This document shows positions 62,816 through 64,000 of a DNA stretch of 64,000 nt, piece after piece. The stretch's first letter is position 1; every line of letters starts with the position of its first letter. Location: sequence record SRR22947725_2285; one strand, written 5' to 3'. The translations under genes and the position numbers were made by a program. The notes under the pieces were generated by a model. That model was not told the origin of the DNA and searched no databases. It was given only the letters and a program-made list of their open reading frames with translations.

Positions 62816-62825
62816 TTTGGTAATT

Positions 62826-62853
62826 TTGGTGGACGTCAAGTGACGTCCACCAA
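62826..62853. other. Perfect inverted repeat between binding protein and permease (likely mRNA-stabilising stem-loop)
   Basis: TTGGTGGACGTCA-AG-TGACGTCCACCAA with no long U-tract. Confidence 0.7.
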
Positions 62854-62880
62854 TTAATTCTAAGACTAAATAAAATAATA

Positions 62881-63756
62881 ATGAAAGATAGTACTCGTAA
62901 TTTTCAAGGTTGGTTATTGTTTGCACCTGCAGCAATATTGCTTTTGGCATTTACTCACTATCCAACCATAACAACCTTTATTCATAGTCTTTATACAAAT
63001 AAATCTTTTATAAGACCCAGAAGATTCTCTGGCATTGAAAGTTATGAAAGTATGTTTAGTGATCCAATATTTTTTAAAGTTTTCATAAATAATATGTGGC
63101 TTGCTCTTGGAACTATTCCTACATCAATTGGGCTAGCAATTATTATGGCTTTAATTGTTAATAAAGCTATTCCTGGAAGAGGATTACTTCGAATGGCTTA
63201 CTTTACTCCAACCATGCTTCCGATGATTGCAGTTGCTAACATATGGTTATTTTTCTACGCACCAGAAATAGGATTGATCGACAAAACAATGGCTATTTTT
63301 GGCTTTGAAAGTACAAACTGGCTTGGAAGCCCATCAACTGTGCTTCCTTCTATTATGGTTATGACAGTTTGGAAAGAAGCTGGTTTTTTTATGGTTTTTT
63401 ATCTTGCAGGCTTACAGACAATTTCACCAGAACTTGAAGAGGCTTCAAAGCTTGAGGGTTCATCTCGTTGGAATTATTTCTGGCGAATCCAATTTCCTTT
63501 GCTGTTGCCAACTACCTTATTTGTCCTGATTAATGCTTTTTTGAATTCGTTTAAACTTGTAGATCATCTTTTTGTTTTGACAAAAGGAGGTCCAGATAAC
63601 GCAAGTAATTTAATTCTATATTACATTTATGAGACTGCTTTTGCATTTTTAGATATTTCTTATGCCTCCGCATTGACGATATTCTTACTTGCACTCCTTG
63701 CACTTACGGCTTTGGCGCAATTTCTATTTATTGAAAAAAGAGTACACTACAGATGA
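62881..63756 (+). CDS. CUT1 ABC permease (UgpA-like)
   Basis: LAGLQ.I..EL.EA...EG EAA loop and T.GGP. Confidence 0.9.
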   Translation: MKDSTRNFQGWLLFAPAAILLLAFTHYPTITTFIHSLYTNKSFIRPRRFSGIESYESMFSDPIFFKVFINNMWLALGTIPTSIGLAIIMALIVNKAIPGRGLLRMAYFTPTMLPMIAVANIWLFFYAPEIGLIDKTMAIFGFESTNWLGSPSTVLPSIMVMTVWKEAGFFMVFYLAGLQTISPELEEASKLEGSSRWNYFWRIQFPLLLPTTLFVLINAFLNSFKLVDHLFVLTKGGPDNASNLILYYIYETAFAFLDISYASALTIFLLALLALTALAQFLFIEKRVHYR

Positions 63757-64000
63757 CATATAGCAAAAGAATTTCATCTAATATAGAACTAATGGGTGCA
63801 TATATACTTGCAGCATTTTGGGTACTCCCACTGCTGTATGCTTTTTGGGCTGCGTTTCATTTCAGTAGTGATGCTATTCATTTTGATATTCTAGCGCCGC
63901 TTACACTAGATAACTTTCGTGAGGCATGGAGTCAGGCTCCTTTTATGCGATATGGCTTGAATACATTCCTACTTGTTTCCTTTATACTTCCATTGCAGCT
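63753..64000 (+). CDS. Second CUT1 permease (UgpE-like), 5' part
   Basis: ATGA overlap, then MTYSKRISSNIELMGAYILAAFWVLPLLYAFWAAF...TLDNF..AW..APF..Y..NT, open to the window end. Confidence 0.8.
   Translation, partial: MTYSKRISSNIELMGAYILAAFWVLPLLYAFWAAFHFSSDAIHFDILAPLTLDNFREAWSQAPFMRYGLNTFLLVSFILPLQ

Overview
AT-rich, gene-dense bacterial chromosome segment with about 58 CDS and no tRNA, rRNA, CRISPR array, integrase or transposase that I can see. Gene content and compact spacing suggest a streamlined marine gammaproteobacterium, possibly SUP05/Thioglobaceae-like (inference only). 1-9.2 kb is housekeeping: divergent serC/serB, aroC, SulP, uvrB and an aminotransferase. 9.3-19.7 kb is an accessory patchwork: an aldehyde dehydrogenase, M81 and serine hydrolases, tandem membrane paralogs, a putative ribbon-helix-helix two-gene module, PhyH and MazG-like genes. 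19.8-25.8 kb is a cyclic imino-acid/lysine cluster: AmaA-like pipecolate oxidase, a second FAD oxidoreductase, saccharopine dehydrogenase, a Ser/Cys proline-racemase-family enzyme and a DpkA-like reductase. 25.8-48.0 kb is a 22 kb minus-strand pyrimidine catabolic block under RutR that runs directly into prpBCD. 49.4-64 kb holds two adjacent organophosphate-type modules: RpiR + ABC + HAD, and GlpR + Ugp-like ABC + GlpD + HAD + Na/Pi transporter. The best leads are the pipecolate-saccharopine cluster, the pyrimidine-methylcitrate coupling with a duplicated promoter/operator, a structured serC leader, and the RHH module with its repeat array. All product calls come from motif recognition, not database searches.
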